DNA of 63,957 nucleotides, filler included, from Reticulomyxa filosa (lineage: Eukaryota; Protista; Foraminifera), in assembly GCA_000512085.1 (NCBI GenBank). It is 14 parts of 14 records of this genome, joined end to end, with 100 filler letters (N's around TTAATTAATTAA, not from the genome) between each part and the next. Parts side by side here need not be neighbours in the genome. Positions count along the whole stretch, not along the records: positions 7,510 to 12,730 come from ASPP01028202.1; positions 12,831 to 15,323 come from ASPP01023421.1; positions 15,424 to 21,691 come from ASPP01050627.1; positions 21,792 to 24,940 come from ASPP01049162.1; 10 more parts are not named here. One strand, written 5' to 3'. Below are positions 10,141 through 22,674 of the stretch, piece after piece. The position numbers and the translations under genes were made by a program. The first letter of the stretch is position 1. Each line of letters starts with the position of its first letter. Under the pieces are notes generated by a model that had not been told where the DNA came from, searched no databases, and saw only the letters and a list, made by a program, of their open reading frames with translations.

Positions 10141-12730
10141 TCACTTGGTAACTCTGGAACGCAAGACACGTTCAATTTCGGAGTGAAGTAGATCACCTTC
10201 TGAAGACAGCAAATCATTTGCAGACACAAATTTCCACTCCCGAAAAGAAGTTTTTGAGTGTGTCCCCGAGTTGTTACCGAATGCAATGGAAAATGATATT
10301 GGATTTTGATTATCATAGATCTATCCCACACAACAAAATAAACCATAGGTTGTTGAAAGGTGGAACGTATATAAAAACATTCATTCATTAAAAAAAAAAC
10401 GTAACCACATTGGTAACATTGGATATACGCTCCGTTTCTAAAATGAGGAATTGCGGTTGTGGAGTAGGTTTTTTTCGACCAAACCAGCTCCGTTTTTTTG
10501 GCATTTTGCTCGTCAGATACAAAGACTCCCACGTACCGTAATTTTCGTCGCACAGGAATAGCCTCGTGGACGTGACGATGATCGTGCGCGGGATAATCCA
10601 TTGGTTGGTCGTCCGGGATCGGATCATGCGCACGTCCTCCCACTCTGTCGTTGCATTTGTCTTTGTTTTGGGGGAACGATCGAATATGGTTTCGTGTTTG
10701 ACGCATTGCATGGGCTGGTACACCAATGCGTACAAGAGTATACGTTCCGCGTTTTTTTGATCCGACACTTTTAGTACTTGGCTTTCCATGTTTTCTTGGA
10801 ACGCACGATCAAAGTCCAATGTAAAAACACCCTCGGTCGTATCCTCTCCAATGTTGCTCAGTTGTGTGGTTATTACTTGTAACAAACACTCGCCGTGCTT
10901 CCGGTGTCTCGTGAGCAGCGTCAAGTCGTGCATTACCGCGAATTCCTTCTTTGGTACAAATTGGTCGGACTTTCGCTCGTTGCCATTTGCCTGCTCAGCG
11001 AATTCTAATCTCAGAAATTGCATTTGGTAACCTTTGACAATATGACGAATATCCGTGATTAGACGATAGCAAATCAAATCTACTGGAACATTTTCTTGAA
11101 CTCCTTCCTAAGGATTGAGTAGTGTATTTGGAGTATGATCATTTTGTTTTGTTTACACCTTTTTTTAAAAAAGTGCAAGTGTTTAACTCCGAGCAACAGA
11201 ATTGCGATATAAACGCCGTAGACAAGGACAATACATTTGACTTCAACATAAGGTACTTCTTGTGCAGAAGTGGACTTGCGAGTTGTGAGCAGTAAAGACA
11301 TTGAAAAATGTTCCGAAAATTGCTTTCGCACAGATTTGCGCGTGTACTCGTCGCAAAAGATGATTATATCCTTTGGAAATTTGGACCACATTTTTTTTAT
11401 TTCCTCATTCTCTTCTGCCGTCATTGTCATTGTGGTTGTGGTTGTTCTCTCCTCTTCTTTGCTCTCTTTTTTCATATTTATCATTTGCAAAAAAATATAT
11501 ATGTATTTTTTCTTTTGTTCAAAGATCCAAAAAAAAAAATAATAAGATTATGGACATACCTTGATTAGAGATTGTATCATCAATGTATGAATTTGTTTGT
11601 TGGGGGTCGATATGATTAATATTGGCGTGAACAGTACTTGCAGTTTGTGGTTGAGCGTTGATGTCAGTATTAGCATTGGTGTCAGTATTAGCATTGGTGT
11701 CGGTATTGACATTGGTGTTGGCATTGACATTGATGTTGCTCTGTCGAGCGGCCATCACTGTGCTTTTATCTTGTGACAATCGAGGCGATCCATCATGTTG
11801 TAATGACATGTCATCCATTTGTTGTTGTTGCTTCTGCGGTTGCTGAGCAGCACTGTCACTATTACAGTTGTGCGTGGGATTCTCTTTGTCGGCGTCATTG
11901 TGTGAAAGGGCGTCGAAATCGTGATTGGCCTTGTCAGTCATGGCAGGACTTGTGTTGCGTGACGACCGAACGCGTGGTTGTTCAATATCAATGCTTTTGC
12001 GTTGTGTGGACAATGTATGAGATTGTGGCGATTGCAATGGCTGCTCGTCTTTGTCATTGTTCTTGTCATTGTCCTGGTCTTTGTCATTGATTTTATTTTC
12101 TGTCTCCACTGATTCCATTGGTTCAATTGATTCAATTGGCTCTGTCGACTCTGGTTCAACATGTTGTTTGGACGTGGGTTTTTTTTTGCGCTTTTTGACA
12201 ACTTTCACTTTCTTTGTTTTGACGGATTTCTTAGTGGTGTTTGTGGCAGGCTGAGTTTTGGAGATGACCTCGTTCACAAAGGCGACATATTCCATCCGCA
12301 AAGTCTGCACCACTTGGCGTGACTTTTCGACGTCGTTGCGAAGCACGCTGCTAATGCTCGGGTTGCTCAAGTACTGCTTGTACACCATCACGTACCTTTC
12401 CCATTCCATGAGCGCGCCTTTCATCTTCGAGTCAAGTTCCTTCAGACGATTCAGCTCCTCCTCGCCCAAGCTGTCTTCCCTGCCGATCATTTGTTGACAC
12501 GCCTCCACATAGTCAGGGTCGTCAAACAACTGTGGGTCATTCAAGTCATCCTTGTTCTCGTTGTTTGTCTTACTACTCGCTTTGCTGCTTGTCTCACTGT
12601 TGGTCAAGCCGGTGATGGTTTCCGTGGCTGTAATCGTCGTGGTTGTTATCATTGTGGCCGTAGGAGTGGTAGTTACAGTAGTGGGCGTATCCGTGTTTGT
12701 GTTTGTAAGGGAGTTATTATTATCATTGTT
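10141..12730 (-). CDS. Large protein: low-complexity/coiled-coil N-part and C-terminal PH-like region resembling Nischarin/STK11IP; 5' truncated
   Basis: Collinear exons 11519-12652, 11080-11490 and 10388-11077, plus a last exon IYDNQNPISFSIAF...WKFVS...LHSEIERVLRSRVTK* ending at 10141. Motifs IRHIVKGYQMQFLRLEF and PRTIIVTSTRLFLCDE. Confidence 0.6.
11663..11732 (-). repeat. 18-bp coding tandem repeat (NANTDT-type)
   Basis: gtcagtattagcattggt and variants, ~4 copies, encoding NVNANTNVNTDTNANTDTNANTD. Confidence 0.85.
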
Positions 12731-12999
12731 NNNNNNNNNNNNNNNNNNNNNNNNNNNNNNNNNNNNNNNNNNNNTTAATTAATTAANNNNNNNNNNNNNN
12801 NNNNNNNNNNNNNNNNNNNNNNNNNNNNNNAAAAAAAAAAAAAAACTTTTACATACACATAAAAAGTACTTCGGCTGTTTCAATCTTTCAGCTTCCTTTG
12901 TAAAAAAAGAGGAGGGGGATTGGAAAGGATTGAAAGAGATGCATTAAAATAAGGAATAAAATAATACATTTGCATTTTTACTAACAAAAAAAAACTCAC

Positions 13000-14050
13000 T
13001 GAAAAAATTTGATCATACGAATTCCTCGCTGCAATCGAAGTATTTTGTATGCAAACAATGTTGTAGACGCGTGTATTACGTACTCCAATGGAAGAGACAT
13101 CAACAAATCTGGAAAAAACCAAGATTTTATATATCTATTTATTTTGTTTTGTTTGTACGTTAAAAGTTAAGATGTTCGTTTGTTCTCCCACATCACGTAA
13201 AAAAAATGTAATAAAAAAAAATTATCCCCTTTTTTTTTGTTTTTAATAATTGCAAAAAATACGTACATGTTTGTCTTTTTGGCGGATAGTCGCCCCCCAA
13301 AAAAAATTTTTTGATGACTCATTAAGGTAATGTACAAAAAAGTGCAAGTACAAAGAAACAGAAAAAACGATGTCCATTTCAAAAAAAAAAAAAAAAAAAA
13401 AATTGTCAAAACTTTTTAGCAATTTTAACAGGATTAGTGACAATCTTGGTTCGAAAGCCCTGCTCAGAATGGCCGAAGTATCCCGTTCTGAAATTAAAAA
13501 GAATGTCGATCATTAAGGCAATGTCAATAGTAAAGTTAACGATCCCATACCACGTGACAAGATTATTGACGGGGATATCAAATGCTAAAGTAAATGGCAT
13601 TTCTATCATTGCGTACAATAAAAGGACACTGACAAATAGATTCCACACGATACGTGCATTTCCCATGGGATGCATCACGTGGGTATAGAGATAATGCCAC
13701 TCCCATCTAGTATCTTTCTTTACCCTTGATGTTATCACATTTAATTGAGATCTTGTACTAGATCTCATAAATGACGGAAATGCATTGCCTCTGTACTGCC
13801 GTATCGCTGTCAATTCTATGGCTGCTGTTATGAGATCGAGTGCTACGTCACTAAAAAGATAGCTAATGTTGTCATCACTATTTGTATCCTCTGCAATTCC
13901 TTGCTCTGCACCGTTGTGCAACGTCATTAGATTGTCGTCTGAAACAGCTTCGGGTCTCAAATTTTGAGCAGAAGGAGAATAGAGAGGTGCTTCATTATTG
14001 TCGACATCTCCATTATGAGCGCTATTCAATTCAATTTGTTTGGATTCCAT
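13000..14050 (-). CDS. Cyclic-nucleotide-regulated/KCNH (EAG/HCN-like) cation channel, N-terminal part (S1-S4), 3' truncated
   Basis: MHPMGNARIVWNLFVSVLLLY (S1), IDIALMIDILFNFRTGY (S2) and IVTNPVKIAK. An extra exon 13000-13134 reads YIKSWFFPDLLMSLPLEY...KILRLQRGIRMIKFF (S3-S4). Confidence 0.88.
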
Positions 14051-14457
14051 TTTGAGTTTTGAAAGAAAAGGAAAGAACAACGAATCTTGCCACAAAGAAT
14101 TTAGATTTACATCTTAACAGCGCGTTTTGCTCTTTATTTACAAATCAGCTGTCAATCGACATTTCAATCTGTTTGGGCAGACTTCTTTCAGCTGCCGTAT
14201 TTTAAAATAAACTCGAAAAAAACTGAGTTTTCTTTAAAATGGAAAAGAATAACGCTCAAGACTACAAGTATTTTGAAAGGACAAAAACCATGAATTTGTA
14301 AAAGACACTTTTTTAACATGTGCGATTGTTCTCTTCACAGTAATTTTGACAAATAGAAAGATCTTTCATATACGAAAACAAAAAAAAATCTCCTGAGCTT
14401 TTAAAAAATTTGTTTTTGCTTTTTTTTAATCTTAATTTTTGTTGGGGCTAAGAAAAA

Positions 14458-15108
14458 ATGTTGGCCATTGCAGCAGTGTCGGCAGGAATTATATTGATTG
14501 CGGGCTCTAGAACATCTAAAAAAGTTGCACAAGCAAGACCAGCAGCAAAACTTTTGGAAGAAAATCGAGGGCCTCGTGGATTGTTAAGCAGACTGTCAAA
14601 AATTGTGAAAACCTTGCACAAATACCCTGAACACGGTTTGTATAATTACGTAGGTGTTTTTTTGTAGTTGCTGTATTTTTTTGTTTTGTTTTTTTTTATA
14701 ATGAATGAATAATTTGTTGAGATTAATCTATACTTAAAAATATTCTTCTTGTGACAACTGATAAATCCTTGCACAGTAATTGCAGTGGTAGATGCAATTT
14801 CGTCACGTCTGTCTGGTTTTTTCCAGTGTCGAAGTCGAGAAGACATTGCCTTTCAATTAAATAAAATAAGGAGTGCTGTAGCTGAATGGATTGATGCAGT
14901 TGATCTTGCACTCTCGTTTGCAAAACCACTATTTAAACTCGCAGAAGATCTGGTAGCCGTGGTCACTGAAATCGCGTTATCGGTGTGGGCAATCATATGC
15001 GATGGTTGGAAGACAATAAAAGACTACTATAAAACAATGAGATCAGCAATATCCGATGCAATGGAGTGGCTAATAGAAAAAGTAAGCTATTGTTTGGCTT
15101 ACCCCTAA
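14458..15108 (+). CDS. Small hypothetical protein with hydrophobic N-terminus and amphipathic helices (2 exons)
   Basis: ORFs 14458-14667 and 14785-15108 join in frame through a GT-AG intron at 14654-14776. Confidence 0.55.
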
Positions 15109-17624
15109 AAATGACAAAACTTTAATTGATAAAAAAAATTTAAAATCAATTAAATGAAATTGTTTCAATTATCAGTTAAAATAAAAATGTCTCAAATTCA
15201 AAAATTAGCAAAAAATCAAATTTCATAACCAAATTGCGCAAGCGACAAACAAACAAAAAATCCTTTGCAAACACTGAGTATGATAGACAGTTATGAACCT
15301 TCAAAGTGCAAAAATTTTTTCAANNNNNNNNNNNNNNNNNNNNNNNNNNNNNNNNNNNNNNNNNNNNTTAATTAATTAANNNNNNNNNNNNNNNNNNNNN
15401 NNNNNNNNNNNNNNNNNNNNNNNAAAAAAAAAAAAAAAAAGAGATTACGTACAAAGTTTTTGTTATTTCCAGGGATTGTTTATGGATCTAGTAATGCTCA
15501 ATAACCTGTTTTTAAAAAAATTTTCCGTGATTACCCTTTGCACGTGGACATGTGCAATGTTCGTCTGTAATCACACCGATCATGACTTTTTGCCAATTCA
15601 ACAGTATCAAATGCACTGTAAATACTTTTTAATTTGACTTTTTTAAAAGATACTTGGAGACTCGTTACACACAGTACGTTGAAAATTTTTTCCTCATATC
15701 AACATACAGGGACAAGGCACTGTTGGGAAACTCCACAGCAGTGAAAAATGGTGACGACGAGAGCGTTTTCCTCCCCCTTAAATGATCACAGTTTGAACTG
15801 AACCTCTCGTTTCCCAAAAATTCAACGAAAAACCAACAGCTCTTTTTTTTGTCAAAGTAATCGTTATCCATTTTTTTAAGTACAAGTGTATCCCACTGAA
15901 ATATTCACATCACAATCTCAACACAGACAATGCATAAAGGAAGATGAAAGTTTATTTGTTATTTTAGTGTTTTATGCAAAACACCTTTTTTAATGGAATT
16001 TTACTACTTTTTCCCGGAAGTACACAGTTGTAAAAACACTAGATCAATGACAGATAAAAAATTTAATTAGACTCTTTAAGCACCTTTTCGATTCGATCAA
16101 TTCTGTGACAATATTTTCACATGATTGCCATTGTTTGCTAGATTTTTCAAGAAGAGAATAGATACGACATTTTGAGTTGTAAATATTATTTTATTGTCAT
16201 TATGTAATTTCAGTTCCTAATTACATTTGATCAAGTAAGAATTGTGAAGAAACTACTGGACAATCTTTTGCTGTGTGAAGTCGACACAGTTCCGGGATAA
16301 AAGGCTTGTGTTTCAAAAAGAAAAAGCAAACATATAAAAACAAAACGAAGTTTTTTTCACAACGTAACATTCCCAAAAAAAACAAAATCAAAAAAAGACT
16401 TGACCAAAAAACAAATTATGCCGAATAAGCAAAAAATAATTAAAAAATTATGCTTATCGCATTATAAAGTGCAAATGTATTTTTTTCTCCTCATAGTCCC
16501 ATATTCCTCTCATATAGCGTACTCTTGCATGTAGTGACAGTGCTACAAGCATACGAGGTAGAAGATATAAAAACAATCTTAGTTCTGTTGTCACGATCGA
16601 TTATACCCAAATCTGTCGCCAAGGAAGAAGAATGCGATTTGCAAGACATAGCGATGACAGTCATGAAATGATGCAATTGTTGCGCAGATAAAATCTGTCG
16701 CAGCACTGGACTGCCCAGAAGACATCGGGAAGATAGTATGTAGAAATGGTTTTGATTCGGACATTTCCGAAAATGTTATTTGATTTATGCTACTGAAGTG
16801 TACTTGCAGGTAATACAGTTGGATATCGAAATGACTTGTTCTGCCCTTGGATCCAATTACTCTGATGTGCAGACAAGATCTTTCAATTTCGATATTAACT
16901 TGAGTTAAATTCCAACAACCAAGCCTCATGGAAGCGCCTTTGACCAATGCCCAGACTACGGAAAGCATATTTCAGTGGATTGCACCATTTACATGTCGTT
17001 GGCAACACATTAACCTCCAATTTGAGGCAAATGCCTGCTTGCATATTGGCTCTGTCAAGGGCGGGGCGCTTTTCAATAACACGCTTTGACATCTATTTAT
17101 TCCTAAGCACCACACTTTTGGGTCCTTTAGTTTTTCACAAGAAACGTTTTTTTGTTAAACTGACAACAAAGATTGAATTGAATTTTTTCTTGCTTTTAGA
17201 GAGATGAAATAAATTAATTACAAGCGTTTGAAGATATTGCACAGTGAAATAAAAAATATTTCAAAAAAAAACTTTGAAGATCTTTGAGGTCTGGCTCAGA
17301 AAATATGGTTGTGTTTAAAAATCTTCTTTGTCTAGTAATTTAAAATGCTTAGCTAGAGAATTTTGGTGTCTCTTAGTGTTCTAATTTTTTTTTGGTTGCT
17401 TTGCCAACTTTATTTAGGTCATTGGAAGCGTACATGTAGGTTTTTTTTCTGGAAAAAACTCTTTTTTGTAGTCTTTCGTTTCTTGAAGTTGTTTCTTAGT
17501 TTTGTTGTGTTCACGTATTTTTCAAAATTATTAGTTGTAAACTCAAGTTAGTATTTTTATCTGTTTAGAAAAAAAAGTGACATAGTACTATGATTGTACA
17601 CTGTTTACACATTAATAAAAAAGA

Positions 17625-20160
17625 ATGTCAAGTAATGAAGAAAAAACCACAAATGACTTGGAAAAATGGTGCAGCGCAAACGGGTTTGGACGTTGTTATG
17701 AAGAACTTTCTGGGGAAAGTTTCCAAATAACAAGTTTGGAGCAATTGAGAGAATTAGAATCTGAAGATATCGATGATATATGCAACGTCTTGAGATTGAA
17801 CGAAAAAGAAAAGAAAAAATTTATTGATGCTTTGAAAAATGACAAGCAAAATGAAACCAAAGAACTCACTTTTCAAGTGCGAATTTTTTTGGGGACTGTT
17901 TTGGAGTTGGAGTTTTTTTTGAACAAAAATTGTGAGATAATAAAAGAAAAAAGTTTGTTGTGTGTAAAGGAATGGTGTGAACAAAATGGTGTCGGAAAGT
18001 ACCATGAAGCGATAAAAAATCGTGGTTATTCAAATCAAAAAGAGCTTGGAAAACTTGAAAAACAAGCAGTAAAAGATTTGATCAAAGAAATTAATTTACC
18101 TCTTGGAATTCGTCGTAGATTTGAGGACGCTGTTAAAAAATTGACTCCAGAAGAGGATGAAAAGCAAGAAAAAAGCGAAATTCATCGCTGGTGTGAGAAA
18201 GCAGAAGTACCTGCTGTTATCGCAACCCGATTACTTCAAAAAGGTATCACCACACCAAACGATTTGCAGTCACTTGACGAAAACTCATTAGCAGAAATTT
18301 GTTATAATGTGAACATAAGTGAAGATAAAATGCTTAAATTTCGCAAAGCTATTTCCGTTAATTTTTGTTTATTTTTATTTTTTTAGTTTTAAGCATTAAA
18401 ATGTAGTCTTTTTTTAGGGCACAGGCAAAAAAGGTAAAGGAATGAAAGGTTTATTATTAAAACGAGAGAAAGAAAAAGGGGATATTGTGGCTCCATTTCA
18501 AAAAAAGCCATATAAAGATGTAGGCAAACAAAACAAAACAATAATGGTAATTGGCGAAACCGGAACTGGAAAAACCACTTTGCTCAATTCAATGATGAAT
18601 TACCTATGGGATGTGGGATTCGAAGAAGATGTTCGTTATAAATTGATTATTGAAGACTCCGAAAAGGCAAAATGCCAATTTCAGAGCCAAACAGATAATG
18701 TTACCTCGTATCATTTAGCACCTCCTGTATTACCTTATACGTTAACAGTTGTAGATACTCCTGGTTTTGGTGACACCAGGGGATTGGACCAAGATAAAAA
18801 AATTGTTTCCCAAATTAAGCAATCTTTCGAAGAGATTATTGGTACTGTTGATGCTGTTTGTTTTGTTGTGAGATCTTCACAATCGAGATTAACCTATACG
18901 CAAAAATACATATTTGATTGTGTCCTGAGTCTATTTGGGAAAGACATTGAAGAAAATATCGTCATTTTGTTAACTTTTGCAGGTATTCTTTTTTTATTAT
19001 TATTGTAAGTACATCTAACTCCCAATTTATTACATTTGTATAATATGTAGATGGACACCAATCTCAAGCTGTTGGTGCTTTACAAGCACACAGAATTCCT
19101 GTTAAACATTGCTTTCAATTGAATAATTCTGCCTTCCTTGTTCATCAGGATCCAAACAAACCTAATACAACTAAAATGCAACAAATGTTTTGGGATATGG
19201 GAATGCAAGCTTTTGGTGCCTTTTTCGAGGTTTTACGAAGTTAATAAAATACTCTTTTTTTCAAGACAAAATTAGATTGGCAATTTTTTTTTTTATTATT
19301 ATTATTTTAGTTTTGCCTCCAAAAAGCTTGTCAATGACCCGTCAAGTGTTAAAACAAAGAGAAACGCTACAAGTGCAATTGCAATCTTTGCAGCCTGAAG
19401 TAAAGAATAGTTTATCCGTGCTGGAGCAACTCCGCAACCGAATTCAAGAATTGGAGGCAAACAAAGCCACAATTGAAGTCTCCAAAAACTATCAAATCAG
19501 ATCGACGATATACGAATGGGAAAGGGTTAGCCGAAATGACTCGGGTTATACAACAATTTGTGACACTTGTTCGCGAACATGTCACGAATACTGTTCATTG
19601 AGCGATTCAGAAAAAAGAGGTTGCACTGCAATGAATTCAGAAGGACATTGCACTGTATGCAGGGGATGTCCTTGGCATAGCCATGCTAACAGATCATACA
19701 GATATATTCAGGTGGCAAAAGAACAAATTAACCTATTGAAGAGCTAAAAAAAAAATATTTCGATGCAACAAGCCAAAAAACTTATGTCGAGCAGATAATT
19801 GATGGTTCAGTCAAAGACTTTGCCTCTAGGCAAAAAAAAATATTTCAAACGATTGATTCGATCAGAAACATAATCATTGAATTAAGTAGTATTGCCTTGA
19901 AACCTACTGCATTGAATCAATCGGATTACTTGGACTTGTTGATTCAATCTGAACAAGGTGAACATAAGCCTGGCTGGGAACAACGACAACAAGCACTGAG
20001 AGGACTTAAAGAAAATCAAAAAATATTGGGAGATATCGTGTTATCAGAAAAATTTAGTCCTTGGGATCAATACAAAAATCTTGAGAAGTTGTATCCCAAG
20101 ATTTCCATAGATTCCTATCAAAATGAAAAAAAAGGCTTCTTTGGCACTTTGTTCGGATAA
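17625..20160 (+). CDS. Triple SAM-domain + septin/AIG1-like P-loop GTPase + coiled coil + Cys/His-rich module
   Basis: Three SAM-like units (LEKWCSANGFG.., EWCEQNGVGKY.., HRWCEKAEVP..). G1 GETGTGKT, G3 DTPGFGD, G4-like TFAD. Predicted GT-AG introns 17877-17969, 18357-18417, 18983-19050 and 19240-19310 all keep frame. One apparent missing A at ~19730. Confidence 0.87.
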
Positions 20161-21996
20161 ATTGGTGTGGGCTAGGCTATATATTTTGATGAGAAATTTC
20201 CAGATTTGCACCTTTGTTGTTTGATAAAATCTCAATCCCACTCCTTTAAAATCACAAACCCAAAATTTCAGAGAAATTTTAATCACGATTTAACAAAGTT
20301 CAACAGCCCAAAGTTTAGCGTTAAAATAGGGCTACCCGTGCATATGAGATAAATCTTCATTTTTTTAAAGTTGTTTCCTGCACCTTCAAACTTTCACTAG
20401 TCTTCCGTTGACAAATATTACAATGTGAGTCTAAATGATCATATTGGAATGATCGTGCCCATGTTCAAGTACATATTCTTTCGTCCCAAAGCAATTGTAT
20501 TATGTCGTACCAAATCACCTTCGATACTCTTGTGAAATTCTTATTGTTATTATGCAAATGCTTAAGTTGCACGTTTTGCAAGATACGCAAGAATTGGAAG
20601 TAATGATCCTTTTCAATTCTAAAGAGATGTTGGAGGAAACAAAGAACAAAGTGGAAGATTCCACATTTATCAATTGGATACTGATTTGGAGTCTTATGTG
20701 AATCAATGAGTTAATTCTTTTTTTTTTAAATCACACCACTTCTTATACATGTTACAATAAACACAAGAGCTGATCATTAAAGTACTACAAGAAATGGCAG
20801 AACCACAAAGATCTTTATTGTTGTGGATTTTAAGACGTTTGCATTGAAGTCAATGGTTTCAAATGCCATTGATAAAACTTTAGAACGTATCATTGATGGC
20901 TATATTTGCATTAGCTCTTCGTTTGATCATCTATTATTGTCTTGTTTCATTTCTTAGTGGTGTGTTTGTTGATTTTGTAAAAATTCCATATTTGATAAAA
21001 AGAAAAAAATTACTGTGAATTGTTCACAAAGTTGTATGTTTTTTATCAAATATTGGAAATATTTTATAAGACCATGTGGAAGCAATATCTTTCTTTTTAA
21101 ATTTTATAGTAATGATTATTTACATAAAATTCTAGCATCACTGTAGTCCATATGTAATACTTTTTTTCATCAACTTTGCCTTTATCCTTATCGCACAAGA
21201 GATATGTAAAGTAATCACAAAATATTTGTAACATTTATCGAATCTTTATTTTTTCCTCAAACTATCACATTTTTAATATCAAATGAAAATAAAAGAAACA
21301 CCATTTTTTTTAACAAATCTTCAAAAATATTACAACGATATTGCCTATTTTTAATTTGTAAATCGCATCTTTGTTCAAGTATATTGATCTTTGTCATTTT
21401 ATCAAAAAAATTTTCTATAAATTGAAATATTGAACTCGTTTCTATTAATTCAAGATCAAAAAAAGGAATTCATTATCAATTTCAAAAGGAAACTAACTTA
21501 TCTTAATAAAAGTCTGAAAGAACTTGCCTACGAAACTACTTATATTTCTACAGCGTCTCATAATGAACACTGTCTACGATAAAACTATTAATGTGAAAAT
21601 CTTAATTCTCTCAAAATTAAAATCTTCGTAGATATCAAGAAAATCATAAAAAAACATTGCAAGTTGATGTTTGGCTCAATCGAAAACTAAANNNNNNNNN
21701 NNNNNNNNNNNNNNNNNNNNNNNNNNNNNNNNNNNTTAATTAATTAANNNNNNNNNNNNNNNNNNNNNNNNNNNNNNNNNNNNNNNNNNNNAAACGATTG
21801 TTTTACAGAGCCACATTTAGCGTGTTCCCATGTTATAAACATTTCGTCCAAAAAGCGCTCCTTTTTTTTAATTAAAAAAATTTGATTGCGAATCTATATT
21901 TTGAATATCTGAAAAATAAATTTTAAACCAATAAACAAAAAAACAAACAATGCGTTTTTTATCCGGACGCTTTGTACACTTTCTTTTTTTACACGT

Positions 21997-22674
21997 TCAC
22001 GTTTTGATGGTACGAGGACCAAACAACATAGCAAGGAAAATTCCGAGCAACTCCTTTGGGAGTTGATTTCCTAATTTACTCTCTTCAATCGACTTTCTAA
22101 CATCCAATAGTTTAATAACCAAAGTTCTTTTTCCTTCATCCAATAAATCACTCATTATGGATTTAGTTATTTCTTTCCCATCCACATATTGTGCAAATTG
22201 AGACGGGCAGCTCATTATCATGGCTTCTGCCTCCTTGTCAGTCAAAGCACTCCCCAAACAATAAGTGAATACAATTTTTACTACTCCTAGTCTCCCTGTT
22301 GCCATTGCTGATCGCAAGTGTTCTTTAATTATCGTCTTGAAGGCTGTTCGCGAGAATCTTTCTGAACAAAATAAGTCTTGTAAACAATAGAACTCAATTA
22401 TTTCATAGTTACCATCTGCTCGGGGTTCCAACAGACGAAACAGCTCCCTATCGCCCAAAGGATCCTGTTTTGAGTAGTATAACTCTTCGTAATGGTCGAT
22501 ATCCACTGGGCGATGATCTTGATTAGAAGGGAGATCAAACAAGTTCGTTGGCTTGTATAATAGGACGGTTTTCTTTGGTTGGGTCATCCATTTTTCCTTT
22601 GATTTGTTATTTCCCATTCTAGAATTTTTTAAAAAATTTAGAAGGACGCTTTCCACTTGTTGGATACTTGCCAT
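21997..22674 (-). CDS. Hypothetical intronless protein; possible true start MGNNKS at 22617
   Basis: 225-codon ORF with ordinary composition in AT-rich flanks; no family confidently recognised. Confidence 0.65.
   Translation of the reverse strand: MASIQQVESVLLNFLKNSRMGNNKSKEKWMTQPKKTVLLYKPTNLFDLPSNQDHRPVDIDHYEELYYSKQDPLGDRELFRLLEPRADGNYEIIEFYCLQDLFCSERFSRTAFKTIIKEHLRSAMATGRLGVVKIVFTYCLGSALTDKEAEAMIMSCPSQFAQYVDGKEITKSIMSDLLDEGKRTLVIKLLDVRKSIEESKLGNQLPKELLGIFLAMLFGPRTIKT

Noticed and set aside
9936-10706. 256-aa minus-strand ORF overlapping the PH-like gene
   Set aside because: Alternative frame over real exons, an intron and the 3' UTR; the other frame gives the coherent protein.
15424-17207. 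Several short ORFs on both strands in a moderately GC-rich stretch
   Set aside because: No recognisable motifs or consistent exon chain; I could not support a gene or an ncRNA.
80-20160. NLR + TPR + WD40 + SAM-GTPase as one physical immune island
   Set aside because: They lie on three different contigs separated by artificial linkers, so physical clustering cannot be claimed.
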